A stretch of 64,000 nucleotides of DNA. Source: an uncultured Pirellulales bacterium. Its GTDB lineage: Bacteria; Planctomycetota; Planctomycetia; Pirellulales; CAYNRE01. Below are positions 29,267-39,226 of this stretch, in pieces (position 1 is the stretch's first letter; every line of letters starts with the position of its first letter). Location: NCBI GenBank assembly GCA_964399535.1, contig CAYNRE010000076.1, positions 22,937 through 86,936 on the forward strand. Reading direction: 5' to 3'. The translations under genes were made by a program, and so were the position numbers. The notes beneath the pieces were generated by a model. It was given only the letters and a program-made list of their open reading frames with translations, was not told the origin of the DNA and did not search any database.

Positions 29267-31402
29267 CTACGCGCGTCGCTCGCCGCGGAGCCGCGTGGCC
29301 AGCCGGCTGAGAAACCCTCCCGGCGGAGCGATCGCTACGACCCGGGGCGGTGCGATAGTCGGCCGCGGAGCCAAGAGGTGGTCGTCGGCAGCGACCGATT
29401 TCGTCGTGGCGTTCGAATCGCTTCGAGCGGTGGCCGACAGGGCCGGAGCAGCCGCCCAACTTTGCGGCGGAGAAACATCGAATTCGGCGATTTCTGCTTC
29501 CGCTGCGGCGGGGGCCAGCGGCGCCGCGCCGGTGGGGGCCAAACCGAAGTTGGCCGACCAGATGGCGTAGTCGGCCAGCCCCACCGAGCCGTCGCCGTTG
29601 AAATCGCCCGACCAACCGGCGCCGGTCTTGCCGAACTGGGCGGCCCAAATAGCGTAATCGCCGGCGCCCACGATTCCATCGCCATCGGCGTCGCCGGCGA
29701 TGCGATTCTCAGGCCCGTTCCAATCGCCCACCAAGGGGCGCCAGGCCGAGTTGCTGGGGCCGTAGCTGAAGGTCAGATCGCTCAGGCCCTGGCCGTTGGC
29801 ATTCTTCAGAAAGAACGTGCTCGACGCACTGACGTAGAACCCGATCGAATCGGTCCGATCGGCGTTCCAATCGCCCACGAGCGGCACCCAGCCCTGCCCT
29901 GCCGCGCCAAAGGTGAAAACCAGGTCCGATACCCCCTGGCTGTTCGAGTTCTTCAAAAAAAACGTGCTGGTCTGCGGCGCGTAAAAGCCCACGCTGTCGG
30001 TGCCGTCGCCGTTCCAATCGCCCACCAACGGCACCCAACCCGAGTTGCTCGGGCCAAAGTTAAAGGTCAGGTCCGACGTGCCTTGGCTATTGCCGTTCTT
30101 CAAAAAGAAGGTGCTGCTCTGCGGCGCGTAAAAGCCCACGCTGTCGGTGCCGTCGTTGTTCCAATCGCCCACCAGCGGAATCCAACCCGAGTTGCCGGGG
30201 CCGTAGCTGAAGATCAGATCCGACAGCCCTTGGCTGTTGGAGTTTTTCAGATAGAACTGGCTGGCCGCCGGGTCGTAGAAACCCACGGTCGAGCGATTGA
30301 TACGCGGCGCCGGAGCGGCGATGACCTGAATCGTAAACGTCTGCGCGGCCGAGGTGTCGTTGCCGCCGCCGGCAGTGCCGCCATTGTCTTTCAGCCGCAC
30401 CTCTACGGTCGCCGTGCCCGACTTGCCCGTGGCCACCGTATAGGTCAGTGTTCCGGTCGGCGAAATAACCGGCTGCAGGCTGAACAGCCCCGAGTTGTTG
30501 TTGCTGACGAGAAAGTTCACGGTCTGCCCCGCCTCGCCAGGAGGGCCAGGGCTGATGTTCGTCGCCCAGTTGACCACGGTTTGCGGCGGCGCGTTTTGAT
30601 TGACCGTTTGATTGGCACCCTTGGTGAACGAAGGAGGCTGGTTGACCGACGTCTGCGGATCGTAGGTGACCGTGCGGCTAAAGGCGCTGACGTTGCCCGC
30701 CAGGTCGGTTGCCACGGTGCCGATCGAGTTGAGCCCCGCGAACAGTTGCACGCCGGTAAACTGGAACTGGCCGGTCGGGCCGGCGGTTACGACCAGGCTC
30801 CCCCGGTCCAGGCTCACCTGGGCATTGGGCTCGGTCGTGCCGACCAACGTAACCAGTTCGCTGTTGGTCACGCCGTCCTGGTTCGGGTCGAATACCGACG
30901 AAATCGAAAACGCGGGGGCCGCCGGCAGCGTGGTGTCGCGAGTGAAATTCAGGCTGGCCAGGCCCAGCCGGCCCAGGTTGTCGGTGGCCCGCAGGTTGAT
31001 CGTATAACTACCGTCGGGAACCACGCCCGAGCCGAACTGGGCTAGGCGAATCGACTGCAGCGTGGCGAAGTCGATCAGGTATTGGCCGCCGGGCTGTAGT
31101 ACTCCCAGGCCGGTGAGCTCGACCGGCGAGGCACCCTGGGGCGCTCCGCCGAACGAGCCGGTGAAACTGCTGACGGTTCCCTGCACGGTAATCGTGCCGA
31201 CCACCTCGGTTTCCGAGGAGATGCGGTCGGTCGAGCTGCTGCCAGTGTCGGTAAACAGGCTGGCGGTAACGATCGGCTCGCCGGCCAGCATCTGACGCTG
31301 CTCGAGCGACTCCAGCCCCAGCCGCGCACGGCGACGGCCGGCGGGGCGCGCACCCCCGCCCTGCCGCGCTCCCTGGGCCCAATTCCAAGGCTTGAAATTC
31401 AT
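29267..31402 (-). CDS. Planctomycete exported adhesin-like protein (~711 aa): Ig-like domains, cadherin-like domain, four 49-aa repeats, dockerin-like C-terminal domain
   Basis: LESLEQRQMLAG export motif; NQPPSFTKGANQTV; PLVGDWNxDGTD repeats; paired GDADGDGIVGAGDYAIW/GDFNGDGSVGLADYAIW motifs. The start is moved to ATG 31402. Confidence 0.8.
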   Translation of the reverse strand: MNFKPWNWAQGARQGGGARPAGRRRARLGLESLEQRQMLAGEPIVTASLFTDTGSSSTDRISSETEVVGTITVQGTVSSFTGSFGGAPQGASPVELTGLGVLQPGGQYLIDFATLQSIRLAQFGSGVVPDGSYTINLRATDNLGRLGLASLNFTRDTTLPAAPAFSISSVFDPNQDGVTNSELVTLVGTTEPNAQVSLDRGSLVVTAGPTGQFQFTGVQLFAGLNSIGTVATDLAGNVSAFSRTVTYDPQTSVNQPPSFTKGANQTVNQNAPPQTVVNWATNISPGPPGEAGQTVNFLVSNNNSGLFSLQPVISPTGTLTYTVATGKSGTATVEVRLKDNGGTAGGGNDTSAAQTFTIQVIAAPAPRINRSTVGFYDPAASQFYLKNSNSQGLSDLIFSYGPGNSGWIPLVGDWNNDGTDSVGFYAPQSSTFFLKNGNSQGTSDLTFNFGPSNSGWVPLVGDWNGDGTDSVGFYAPQTSTFFLKNSNSQGVSDLVFTFGAAGQGWVPLVGDWNADRTDSIGFYVSASSTFFLKNANGQGLSDLTFSYGPSNSAWRPLVGDWNGPENRIAGDADGDGIVGAGDYAIWAAQFGKTGAGWSGDFNGDGSVGLADYAIWSANFGLAPTGAAPLAPAAAEAEIAEFDVSPPQSWAAAPALSATARSDSNATTKSVAADDHLLAPRPTIAPPRVVAIAPPGGFLSRLATRLRGERRA
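29714..30292 (-). repeat. Four tandem 147-bp (49-aa) coding repeats
   Basis: The unit SVGFYxPxxSTFFLKNxNSQGxSDLxFxxGxxxxGWxPLVGDWNxDGTD recurs. The DNA string gtaaaagcccacgctgtcggtgccgtcg occurs at 29981 and 30128 (147-bp period). Confidence 0.9.
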
Positions 31403-31728
31403 CGAAACGAAGTCCCGCGCAACCCCACGGGCGCAGCAGCGCCCAGTGGGGTTGGCGAAGGAATTTAAGAGTCTGTTCCGGGATCTGAAAGGATCGAAAT
31501 CCAGCTCCCATGGGGCGCCTTGCCCGAACCACTTGGCGCGGCCGGCAGGATCCGCTTCGGGGCTGTTTTTCAATACTTTCGAGTCTAGTCGCCCTCGGTA
31601 GGCACGCCAAGGAAAAATCGCGCTAACCGGCACCACCGGAACTGCCGGCGGCACCGCGCCGCGGTGACCGCGGACACGGCAAGCTCACGGCCCCGCGGCG
31701 CTCCGCCCCAGCCGAAACACGGCAAAAC

Positions 31729-33438
31729 TCAGGGCTCCACGTCGTCCGAGACGAGGGCTGCCTTAAGTTCTTCCGCCGGGCTGGCCTGGGGACCAACCGG
31801 CAGCGGGCGGCGAGCGGTTTGCCGCAGATGGTCGACCAGGTGGCCCAACAGCTCGGCCACGCGTGGCTGATGCTCGGGCAACTGGGCCAGGTTGGTGGTT
31901 TCGTGCGGGTCGGTCTCCAGGTCGTAAAGCTCGATCTCGACACCGGCCGGGGGCCGGAGCGTGGCATAACCATCGGTGCGAGCCACCTGCCCCAGCCGAT
32001 AGATCAGCTTCCAGCGCTGGTCGCGAATGAGCGCTTCTTCGTTGGGAGCATACTCCACGACGACCCTGGGGCGATGCTCCGTGGCCCGGCGCTCGAGTAG
32101 CAGCCAAAGCGACTCGCCCGCCAGGTCGTCGGTCAGCGGCAGCCCGGCCCACTCTAGCACCGTGGGGGCCACGTCGACCAACTCGACCAAGGCCGACGAA
32201 ACGCCCCCGGGCTCCACTCGGCCCGGCGCGGCAACCAGCAGCGGCACCCGAATGGCCTCCTCCCAGCTACAGTGCTTTTCGAATCGACCGTGGTGGCCAA
32301 GCAGGTAGCCGTGGTCGCCCAGAAACACGATCAACGTGTCGTCTTGGCGCCCTGCGCGCTCGAGCGAGTCGAGCAACCTCCCCACGCTGGCATCGAGAAA
32401 CGCCACCGAAGTATGGTAGGCCGCGGCGATGCCCCGCTTCTCAGCGTCGGTCAATTCGGCGAACACCTCGGGAATCTGCCGCTGGTCGGAGCCGCTCACC
32501 GGCGGTACCGCGAATTGCTCGGGCGAAACCCGGCCCGCGTATTCGATCGGAAAATGAAACGGCGAGTGCGGTTCGTAAAAGCTGACAAACAGCAGAAACG
32601 GTGCTTCGCCGGCTGCCGTGAGCCACTTGGCGGCTTCATCTACGAGGTAGCTCGAGGCCATCTCTGGCTCGCGCAGCGCATAGGGCAGCACCTGGCTGTT
32701 CAGCCAGATGCGGGCCGGATCGCGAAACGGCTTCCACGGCCCCAGCGTCGCCAGCTCCGCGGGCAGCGGCTCGCCCGGATGACCCGCCAGGAAGCCGCGG
32801 TGGTCGGCCAGGTCGACCCGGGTTTGAAAGCCATGCTGCAGCTGGCTGTTGAAATGCATTTTTCCCAGCGCGGCGGTCAAGTAGCCGGCCGCCGCAAAGC
32901 GATCGGCCAGCGTCACCGCCGATTCGGGGAGCGGCGTGCCGAGCTTGGTAACCCCCAGCGAGCGCGGGTAGCGGCCCGTGAGCAGCGACTGTCGCGAGGC
33001 CGTGCAGACCGGCGAGTTGCAGAAAGCCCGCTCGAACCGCATTCCCGCGGCCGCCAACCGATCGAGCCGTGGCGAGAGGCAATGGGGGTTGCCATAACAG
33101 CCTAGGGCGTGTGCAGCCAGGTCGTCGGAAACAATGACCAGCACGCTGGGGCGCCGGGCTTGGGCTGGCAAGGGGGTCGTCGGGCCGACGGCCAGTAGCA
33201 CCAGGAGCGCTGCCCCGAGGGCTTTGGCGGCGATCGCGTGCCGGCGGAATCGGCTGGTCGGGCCCCGCGTGGACCACCAACCCGCGCCCGATGGCGTCCG
33301 GACCGAATCGACTGGCGTGGCGACCGAGCTGGGCAGCGGGTTTCCCGTCGCGATTCCGTCAGGGTGTGACATACGGTTGTCACTCGAGGTCGTCATTCTG
33401 GTATCTACGGACGGGGGTGAGGTTTCCACGGTTTCCAT
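31729..33438 (-). CDS. Secreted sulfatase (formylglycine type); start uncertain, probably further downstream
   Basis: VLVIVSDD, CTASRQSLLTG (Cys-type FGly motif), GKMH, YEPHSPF, GDHG, EKH, WKLI; signal-like stretch ending LPAQA. Confidence 0.88.
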   Translation of the reverse strand: METVETSPPSVDTRMTTSSDNRMSHPDGIATGNPLPSSVATPVDSVRTPSGAGWWSTRGPTSRFRRHAIAAKALGAALLVLLAVGPTTPLPAQARRPSVLVIVSDDLAAHALGCYGNPHCLSPRLDRLAAAGMRFERAFCNSPVCTASRQSLLTGRYPRSLGVTKLGTPLPESAVTLADRFAAAGYLTAALGKMHFNSQLQHGFQTRVDLADHRGFLAGHPGEPLPAELATLGPWKPFRDPARIWLNSQVLPYALREPEMASSYLVDEAAKWLTAAGEAPFLLFVSFYEPHSPFHFPIEYAGRVSPEQFAVPPVSGSDQRQIPEVFAELTDAEKRGIAAAYHTSVAFLDASVGRLLDSLERAGRQDDTLIVFLGDHGYLLGHHGRFEKHCSWEEAIRVPLLVAAPGRVEPGGVSSALVELVDVAPTVLEWAGLPLTDDLAGESLWLLLERRATEHRPRVVVEYAPNEEALIRDQRWKLIYRLGQVARTDGYATLRPPAGVEIELYDLETDPHETTNLAQLPEHQPRVAELLGHLVDHLRQTARRPLPVGPQASPAEELKAALVSDDVEP

Positions 33439-33557
33439 GGTACTACGGTCGTCCTAGCGCTCGAGCGGCGGGGTCCGGGCCAACCTGTGCGGCGGCCCTG
33501 CTGGGCCAATTGGCCACTGCGGCGGAACACGGCCGGCCTGCACCACGAGGAGGAGCT

Positions 33558-33812
33558 ATGCACCGAGATTCGCCGCCGTCGCGCTCGATCGATTCCAGCA
33601 CCGCTCCCAAGAAGGCCCGATCGCTTCGCGCCAAACAACCACCGAGGCGCACGCTCGGCGTTGAAGTTCGCCAGCCCGCGCGGCCGATCGCCCAAGGCGC
33701 CCCGCGCAAATCGGCGAGGCGGTTTCGGCCCCGCACGGCGGCACGCGGCTACCCAGGGCTGACCTACCAGGGCCGGTCGCCCGACCCGTTCGGCCTTCGG
33801 CCAGTGTGCTGA
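33558..33812 (+). CDS. Possible small basic protein (84 aa)
   Basis: Strong SD (GAGGAGGAG 33547-33555) just before ATG 33558, in an otherwise empty gap. No recognisable motif; it could be a chance ORF. Confidence 0.25.
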   Translation: MHRDSPPSRSIDSSTAPKKARSLRAKQPPRRTLGVEVRQPARPIAQGAPRKSARRFRPRTAARGYPGLTYQGRSPDPFGLRPVC

Positions 33813-33898
33813 GTTGGCCGCCGGGCAACAGCCGGAGCGACTGAGTACCAGCGGGGTTCGGGAGAAGCTGGCCGCGAAGGGCCAACTCCTCCGGCCTG

Positions 33899-36800
33899 TT
33901 AGGGAACGTTGGTCTTGGTTTCGCTCGGATCGCCATCGTTGAGCAGGTCTTGGGCGATCGAGTACAGGAACCAATCCAGATCCGCGCCTCCGACCAAGGT
34001 ATCGACCGCGTTGTCGTTCAGCACCGTCACGCCCGCTTGCAGGAAGAAGTTTCCATTCAGGCGTGGCCCACTGCCGGTGCCGGAAATGTTGGCGACCCGG
34101 TCGGGATAAGCACGCGTTGAGTTCCATTCGTTTTGAATGGAGAAGATGGCGGTCGGGTAATTGGGCGACAGTTGCACGATGCCCGAAACCAGCAGGTCTT
34201 CACCGGCGCCGGCGTCGAGCAGATCGGCCCCGCGGTGGCCGATAAGAATGTCTTTCCCGTTACCACCGAACAGACTGTCGTTGCCGTCGGCGCCCTGGGT
34301 GCCGCCGATGAGCAGGTCATTTCCCTCGCCGCCGTCTAGAGTATCGCCCAAGAAGCCGCCGACGAGCGTATCGCCGCCGTTTCCGCCGTAGAGCACCACT
34401 TGCCGCGTGGTGAGGAACTCGGCGATCAGGCCGTCGTTGTTATCGTAGCCGTAGGCGATGACCTTGCCGGTGACGCCGCTGACGATACTGGTGCGATTGA
34501 CCAGGGTGGTGTTTTCAAGCTGCACGAACACCGTGACCGAATTGCTGACCCCGGTGAAGAAGAACACTCCGTCCAGGCCGTTGGTGCCACCCCAGATCAG
34601 GTCGATCTTGCCGGTGCCGTCGTCGCGGAGCACGTACTCGCTGGTGGTCACCGGGTAGTTGGTCACCGGCCCCGTGGCGCTCTGCCGGTCGGTGGCCGAA
34701 ACCTTGACCGTGGTCACCCCGGCGGTGAAGAACGAGCGGGTAACGTTCACGCCGCTGCCCGGGCCAACCACGGTTTGGTCAACGCTGCCGTTGCCGTCCC
34801 AGTCGATGTTGTAGGTGAAGTTGAAGCCTTGATCGACCGTGGAAGGATCGGTGGCGGTGAACGTGAAGCTGCGCACTTCGCCGCGATAGCCGCCGGTGCC
34901 GCTGCCGGCCACCGTGGGACCCGCATTGTTGATCGTCACCGTGGTGGCCGCCGAGGTCACCGTGGACACGCCGTCGCTGACGCGCACGCGCACGTTCGAG
35001 ATCGAGGTCGGGCCCTCGCCGAAACCATAGGCCACGAGTTGGGCCCAGGTAATCGTGGGCGAGACGCCCGTGGCGTCGCCGAAGGTGCCGTCGCCGTTGA
35101 CATCCCAGCTATAAGTCAGCACGTCGAGCAAGTTCGGGTCGCTCGAGCCCGAGCCGTTGAGCACCAGGTTCTGGCCTTCGGCAATCGTGTAGGGCCCGCC
35201 CGCGTTGGCCGTGGGGGCCACGTTGTTCATGGTCAGCGTGGTAGCGCTCGACACGACTTGGGCCTTGCCGTCGCTCACCAGCACCCGCACCTGGTAATTG
35301 GTGCCGTTGTTGATCCCCAGCACCGCCAGCTGCACGGGCGTCACCGACGGGTTCTGGCCCGTGGCATCGCCGTAGACGCCGTCGCCGTTCACGTCCCAAC
35401 TGTAAGTGAGCGTGTCGCCTACGTCGGCATCGGTGCCGCTGCCGGCCAGGTTCAAACTCTGGCCTTCGTTAATCACATAGGGCCCACCCGCGCCGGCGGT
35501 GGGCGGATTGTTGAGCGAATCGAGCTGCAGGAAGGGGAACGGCACCAACTGCGAGCTGACCGCGCCGCCCCCTTGCAGGGTGAAGCTGACGGAACCCCCT
35601 TGCAGGGCGGCGAAAATCTGCCGCGGCGTGGTGGCATCGGTCAAGGCGGTGAACTTCACCCGCCCCAGCAGGGCATACTCGCCCACGCCCACGCCCGAGA
35701 GCCCGGTGCTGCCCCCCAGGCTGGTCACCCGGCCATTGGCGTCGTTGACCGTGCCCGTCCGCGAATTGGGGAAGACGCTGCCCGGCGTAATATTGCCCGT
35801 GCTCGAATTCAAAATCGCCGTATCGTAGGCCAGGCTCACCGAGCCGCCGGCGATGCCGGTCGCCCCGGGCGCTTGCACCCAGAATTCGACGTAGAAATCG
35901 GTGTTCTTTGTGACCGTGCCGACCGGGCTGGGAAGCGAACCGGAACGCTCGGTGGTGGTCGGAACGTAGACCGGAACGCCGTAGACCTTCACCTCGGAGT
36001 TAGCCGCGGGGGTCGTACCGAAGAGGAAGCTGTAAAAGGTGCCGATGTCGTCCGGATTGAAGATGTGCCCTTGGGCCTCCTTGACAAACAGTTCGTAGTC
36101 AAAGCTTCCGGCGGGCAGGCTCGCCCCCGCGGCCGCCAACCCCAGCGCGGTGTACATGTTGGCCGAGCGCTCGCGGCGGGTCAGCCCTTGGGCATTGCCG
36201 AATTCGCTGGTGTCTTCCGGCGTGGTATCGTTCTGCCCCACCCAGAGCATGATTCGGCTCTGTAGAAACGCGGGCACGTCGAACGCGGTGCCAGCCTGGT
36301 TGGTGGTGGTTCCGGCCGGGGCCGGGAAGAGCGCTGTAAGTTGGGCGCCATAGGGGAAGATCACGTTGTCGAGCGGGAAAGTCTGGCGGTCGGCGCTGGC
36401 GGCCACGATGGCGTTTACCCGATCGGGGTGTGCATAGGCAAAGTTCTCGGCAAAGTGCGCCCCGCGCGAGAAGCCGAACATCCGCAAGTCGTTGGGGTTG
36501 CCGATCCCCGTGGCGGTCACCTCGGTAATGATGTTGAGCAGCGCCAGGTCGGCCGCGGCGTCGTTGCTGGTATTCCAACTCAGCCGGCCGTAGTCGTCGT
36601 AGCGGCCGCCCGCGGCAAAGAATGGCGCCAGTACGATCGCCCCGGTTATGCCGTTGGCCGGGTTGGCGATGTAGTTCTGCCAATAGGTGGTCATGGCGCC
36701 AATTTCGCGGCCCGCACCGTGCGTGGCCACGATGATCGGCGTGCTGGCATTGACGGTGCCAAAAACGCCGATTCGGTAGCTCAAGTCCGGATCAGCCGTG

Positions 36801-39226
36801 TCGGCCACCTGAAACACGCCCGTGGGCAGCGTCGGCGAGAAGAACAGCCCCTGGTTGTGAATCCGCACGTCGTCGACGTAGAAGCCGTCGACCGGCACAT
36901 TGGCCAAACCGTATTGCGAGAAGCGAATCTTGAACGAGGAGTTGAAGGTGAGCCCCGCTCCGAACTGGGTGTTGATCCGCTGAATATTATCGCCCAGGTC
37001 ATACTCCATCAGCCGCCACAGCCCGTCGCCCTGGCGATTGGTCATATCCTGGCCGGTGATGTCGATCAGCCGATACCAATTGACGCCGTTGCTGGAGATG
37101 GCTACGCCGTCGCCCAGGGCCCCCGGATCGGTGAGCAGGAACGCATCGGAGAGCGGGTCGGGTTCATCGTCGTTGGCGGTGCCGTAGCTTCCCTCAAACT
37201 GCTGAAAGGTGAGCGTGGCATCGCTGAGCGAGGAAAGGTTCACGGTCAGCGTGGCCGCGGCCAGGTCTTTGACCGCGTCGCCCCCCGAGGAGCGGAACCT
37301 GAGGCTGCGACCACCCGGTTCGACCGAGGTTCCCAGAATTACCGCTGCCTGGCCCTGGCCGGTCGACGTGGTGGTCCAGAACGAGCCGTTCAGCCCCGCG
37401 TCGAAGTTGTCGTAAAACGTCGAGGACCGGTTCACGCCCACATTTACCGTGCGGCGATCTTCAAGGGTCAGCCAGCCGTCGTCGGCAACCACCACCGTCA
37501 CCGCCACCTCGGCCGGATCGCTGGCCGAGGGGGTCCAGGTAATCTGCCCGGTCGTGGGGTTGATGGTCATCCCCGCCGGGGCGTTTTCCAGCGAATAGGT
37601 AAGCGTGTCGTTGTTGGGGTCGGTCGCCGTGATCGTGTAGTTGAGCGTGCTCCCCTGGTTCACGTACAGATGCGGAGCATAGGGTAGCGAGGGGCGGTTG
37701 TTTACCGGCGTGAGCACGAAGCCCTGGTTCTGGCCCTGGGGATTGAGGCCGTTGCCGACGATGATGCCCAGATCGTTAATGTCGGTCGCCGAATTCAAAA
37801 CCCAACCCGTGCCCGAGGAGTCGACCGCGTCGTTCAGGTTGAAGGTGCCGCGCCCGGGAATCCAGACCCAGGCGTTGTTCACTCCCGAGATGGGCAGCTT
37901 GGTGGTGCCCACCCCAACGCCGAAGTTGTTGATCGCTGTACCCAGGCTGTTGTGGGCGGGCGATCCGTCCTCCATCAGCGGGGGCAGCCCCGTGATGGTC
38001 GAAAAGGGAGTCGTGGCGTTGGTGTCCCAAATCACCGCGGCCAACCCCGAAGTCTGGTCCAGGGCTTGCCCGATGGCCACGCCCAGGTCGTTAATATCCG
38101 AGGCCAGGCTGTAGTCGTTGTCGCCCGAGATCGACGGGGCCCCCAGGCTGCGGATGCCGCGAACGGGATCCCAAACAAACGCGTTGATGTCCGGGTCGAG
38201 CGAACTGCCCACGCTGCCGGCGCCAACCACCACGCCGGCGTTATTCATGCCCGTGGCCAGGCTGATATCGAGCCCACCGCTCAGGTCGCCGATATCGGTC
38301 AGCCCGAGCTTGCTTCCTTGGGTGGTCGTGGTCACGTCGACCGTGGCGCCCCCATCGAGCGTGGAGTTGACCACCTGCATCTGCTGGATGTTCATGTTGG
38401 CCCGCTGGCCGACGAACGTCACCACCCAGGGGGTGCCGGGGCCGGGGCCGCCCGTCACATTGGCGTTGTTCGCGCCAATGTTCGACATCCCGCGGATGGC
38501 GGTCTGAACCTGCGACGCGGTGGCGTTGTAGGGGATGGCCACCGAGGTCACGTTGAAAATCTTGAGCTGAAAGGTGCCGCTGGTCGGGGTGCCGGTAATG
38601 GCGATCTGCTGCACTTCGTTGCGGTTGGCCTCGCCCCAGATAAAGGCGTGCGAGAAATTGCCCGCCCCGCTGGTGCCCGCCACCTGGTTGGCCGAGTTAA
38701 TGTCGACCGCGGCGCTCCAGTCGTCTCCTCCGGCCAGATCTCCCAAGTTGGTGAAGGTCTGCGTGTTGGGGTTCCAAATAAAAGCCCGGTCGCCGTTGGC
38801 CTGCGACGATTGGTCGCCGGTTTTCGAGGCGCCGCTGCGCCCCACCACGTAACCGGCGTCGTTGATTCCCGTGGCCTGCGACTGGGTCTTGCCCGAAAGC
38901 GTGCCGATATTCGTGGAGGTAATCGTCTGTTCTTCGGCGTCCCAAAGCGTGGCCCGCTCGTTGTTGCTGGCAATGGTGCCGGTGCCGGCCACCATCAGGC
39001 TGTTGTTAATGGCGTTGGCCGCGCTGCTGACCGCGCCCCCAGCCAGATCGGGCAGCGGTGTGAGTACATAGGTCAGCGCCAACAGCCGGCGGTCTTCCAG
39101 CGGATCGATCGACAGCGCCCTGCGCCGCCCATGTCGTCCGGTTCGCCCTGAAGCAGCTTCGCCGCGATTTGCTTCCTGTGCCAACCACTTGCGCACCTGC
39201 GATCCGGCTTGTGAGAACAACGACAT
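33899..39226 (-). CDS. Large planctomycete exported protein (1775 aa): HAF-like repeats, Ig domain, alpha/beta-hydrolase domain, cohesin-like domain, PKD-like repeats, RTX-like Ca-binding repeats
   Basis: LSIDPLEDRRLLA export motif; AxxINxxGxVxG...AFIW repeats; GFSRG (36461-36475); GGPYxIxEG repeats; GGNGGDTLVGG/GGEGNDLLIGG nonapeptides. Confidence 0.85.
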   Translation of the reverse strand: MSLFSQAGSQVRKWLAQEANRGEAASGRTGRHGRRRALSIDPLEDRRLLALTYVLTPLPDLAGGAVSSAANAINNSLMVAGTGTIASNNERATLWDAEEQTITSTNIGTLSGKTQSQATGINDAGYVVGRSGASKTGDQSSQANGDRAFIWNPNTQTFTNLGDLAGGDDWSAAVDINSANQVAGTSGAGNFSHAFIWGEANRNEVQQIAITGTPTSGTFQLKIFNVTSVAIPYNATASQVQTAIRGMSNIGANNANVTGGPGPGTPWVVTFVGQRANMNIQQMQVVNSTLDGGATVDVTTTTQGSKLGLTDIGDLSGGLDISLATGMNNAGVVVGAGSVGSSLDPDINAFVWDPVRGIRSLGAPSISGDNDYSLASDINDLGVAIGQALDQTSGLAAVIWDTNATTPFSTITGLPPLMEDGSPAHNSLGTAINNFGVGVGTTKLPISGVNNAWVWIPGRGTFNLNDAVDSSGTGWVLNSATDINDLGIIVGNGLNPQGQNQGFVLTPVNNRPSLPYAPHLYVNQGSTLNYTITATDPNNDTLTYSLENAPAGMTINPTTGQITWTPSASDPAEVAVTVVVADDGWLTLEDRRTVNVGVNRSSTFYDNFDAGLNGSFWTTTSTGQGQAAVILGTSVEPGGRSLRFRSSGGDAVKDLAAATLTVNLSSLSDATLTFQQFEGSYGTANDDEPDPLSDAFLLTDPGALGDGVAISSNGVNWYRLIDITGQDMTNRQGDGLWRLMEYDLGDNIQRINTQFGAGLTFNSSFKIRFSQYGLANVPVDGFYVDDVRIHNQGLFFSPTLPTGVFQVADTADPDLSYRIGVFGTVNASTPIIVATHGAGREIGAMTTYWQNYIANPANGITGAIVLAPFFAAGGRYDDYGRLSWNTSNDAAADLALLNIITEVTATGIGNPNDLRMFGFSRGAHFAENFAYAHPDRVNAIVAASADRQTFPLDNVIFPYGAQLTALFPAPAGTTTNQAGTAFDVPAFLQSRIMLWVGQNDTTPEDTSEFGNAQGLTRRERSANMYTALGLAAAGASLPAGSFDYELFVKEAQGHIFNPDDIGTFYSFLFGTTPAANSEVKVYGVPVYVPTTTERSGSLPSPVGTVTKNTDFYVEFWVQAPGATGIAGGSVSLAYDTAILNSSTGNITPGSVFPNSRTGTVNDANGRVTSLGGSTGLSGVGVGEYALLGRVKFTALTDATTPRQIFAALQGGSVSFTLQGGGAVSSQLVPFPFLQLDSLNNPPTAGAGGPYVINEGQSLNLAGSGTDADVGDTLTYSWDVNGDGVYGDATGQNPSVTPVQLAVLGINNGTNYQVRVLVSDGKAQVVSSATTLTMNNVAPTANAGGPYTIAEGQNLVLNGSGSSDPNLLDVLTYSWDVNGDGTFGDATGVSPTITWAQLVAYGFGEGPTSISNVRVRVSDGVSTVTSAATTVTINNAGPTVAGSGTGGYRGEVRSFTFTATDPSTVDQGFNFTYNIDWDGNGSVDQTVVGPGSGVNVTRSFFTAGVTTVKVSATDRQSATGPVTNYPVTTSEYVLRDDGTGKIDLIWGGTNGLDGVFFFTGVSNSVTVFVQLENTTLVNRTSIVSGVTGKVIAYGYDNNDGLIAEFLTTRQVVLYGGNGGDTLVGGFLGDTLDGGEGNDLLIGGTQGADGNDSLFGGNGKDILIGHRGADLLDAGAGEDLLVSGIVQLSPNYPTAIFSIQNEWNSTRAYPDRVANISGTGSGPRLNGNFFLQAGVTVLNDNAVDTLVGGADLDWFLYSIAQDLLNDGDPSETKTNVP

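Noticed and set aside
29714-30292. Regularly spaced repeats as a CRISPR array
   Set aside because: The 147-bp period is in-frame coding repetition without unique spacers, and no cas genes are present.
33395-33445. GGACGGGGGTGAGGTTTCC resembling a tRNA/tmRNA T-arm
   Set aside because: No TTCRA loop, no acceptor stem or CCA end, and no cloverleaf can be built.
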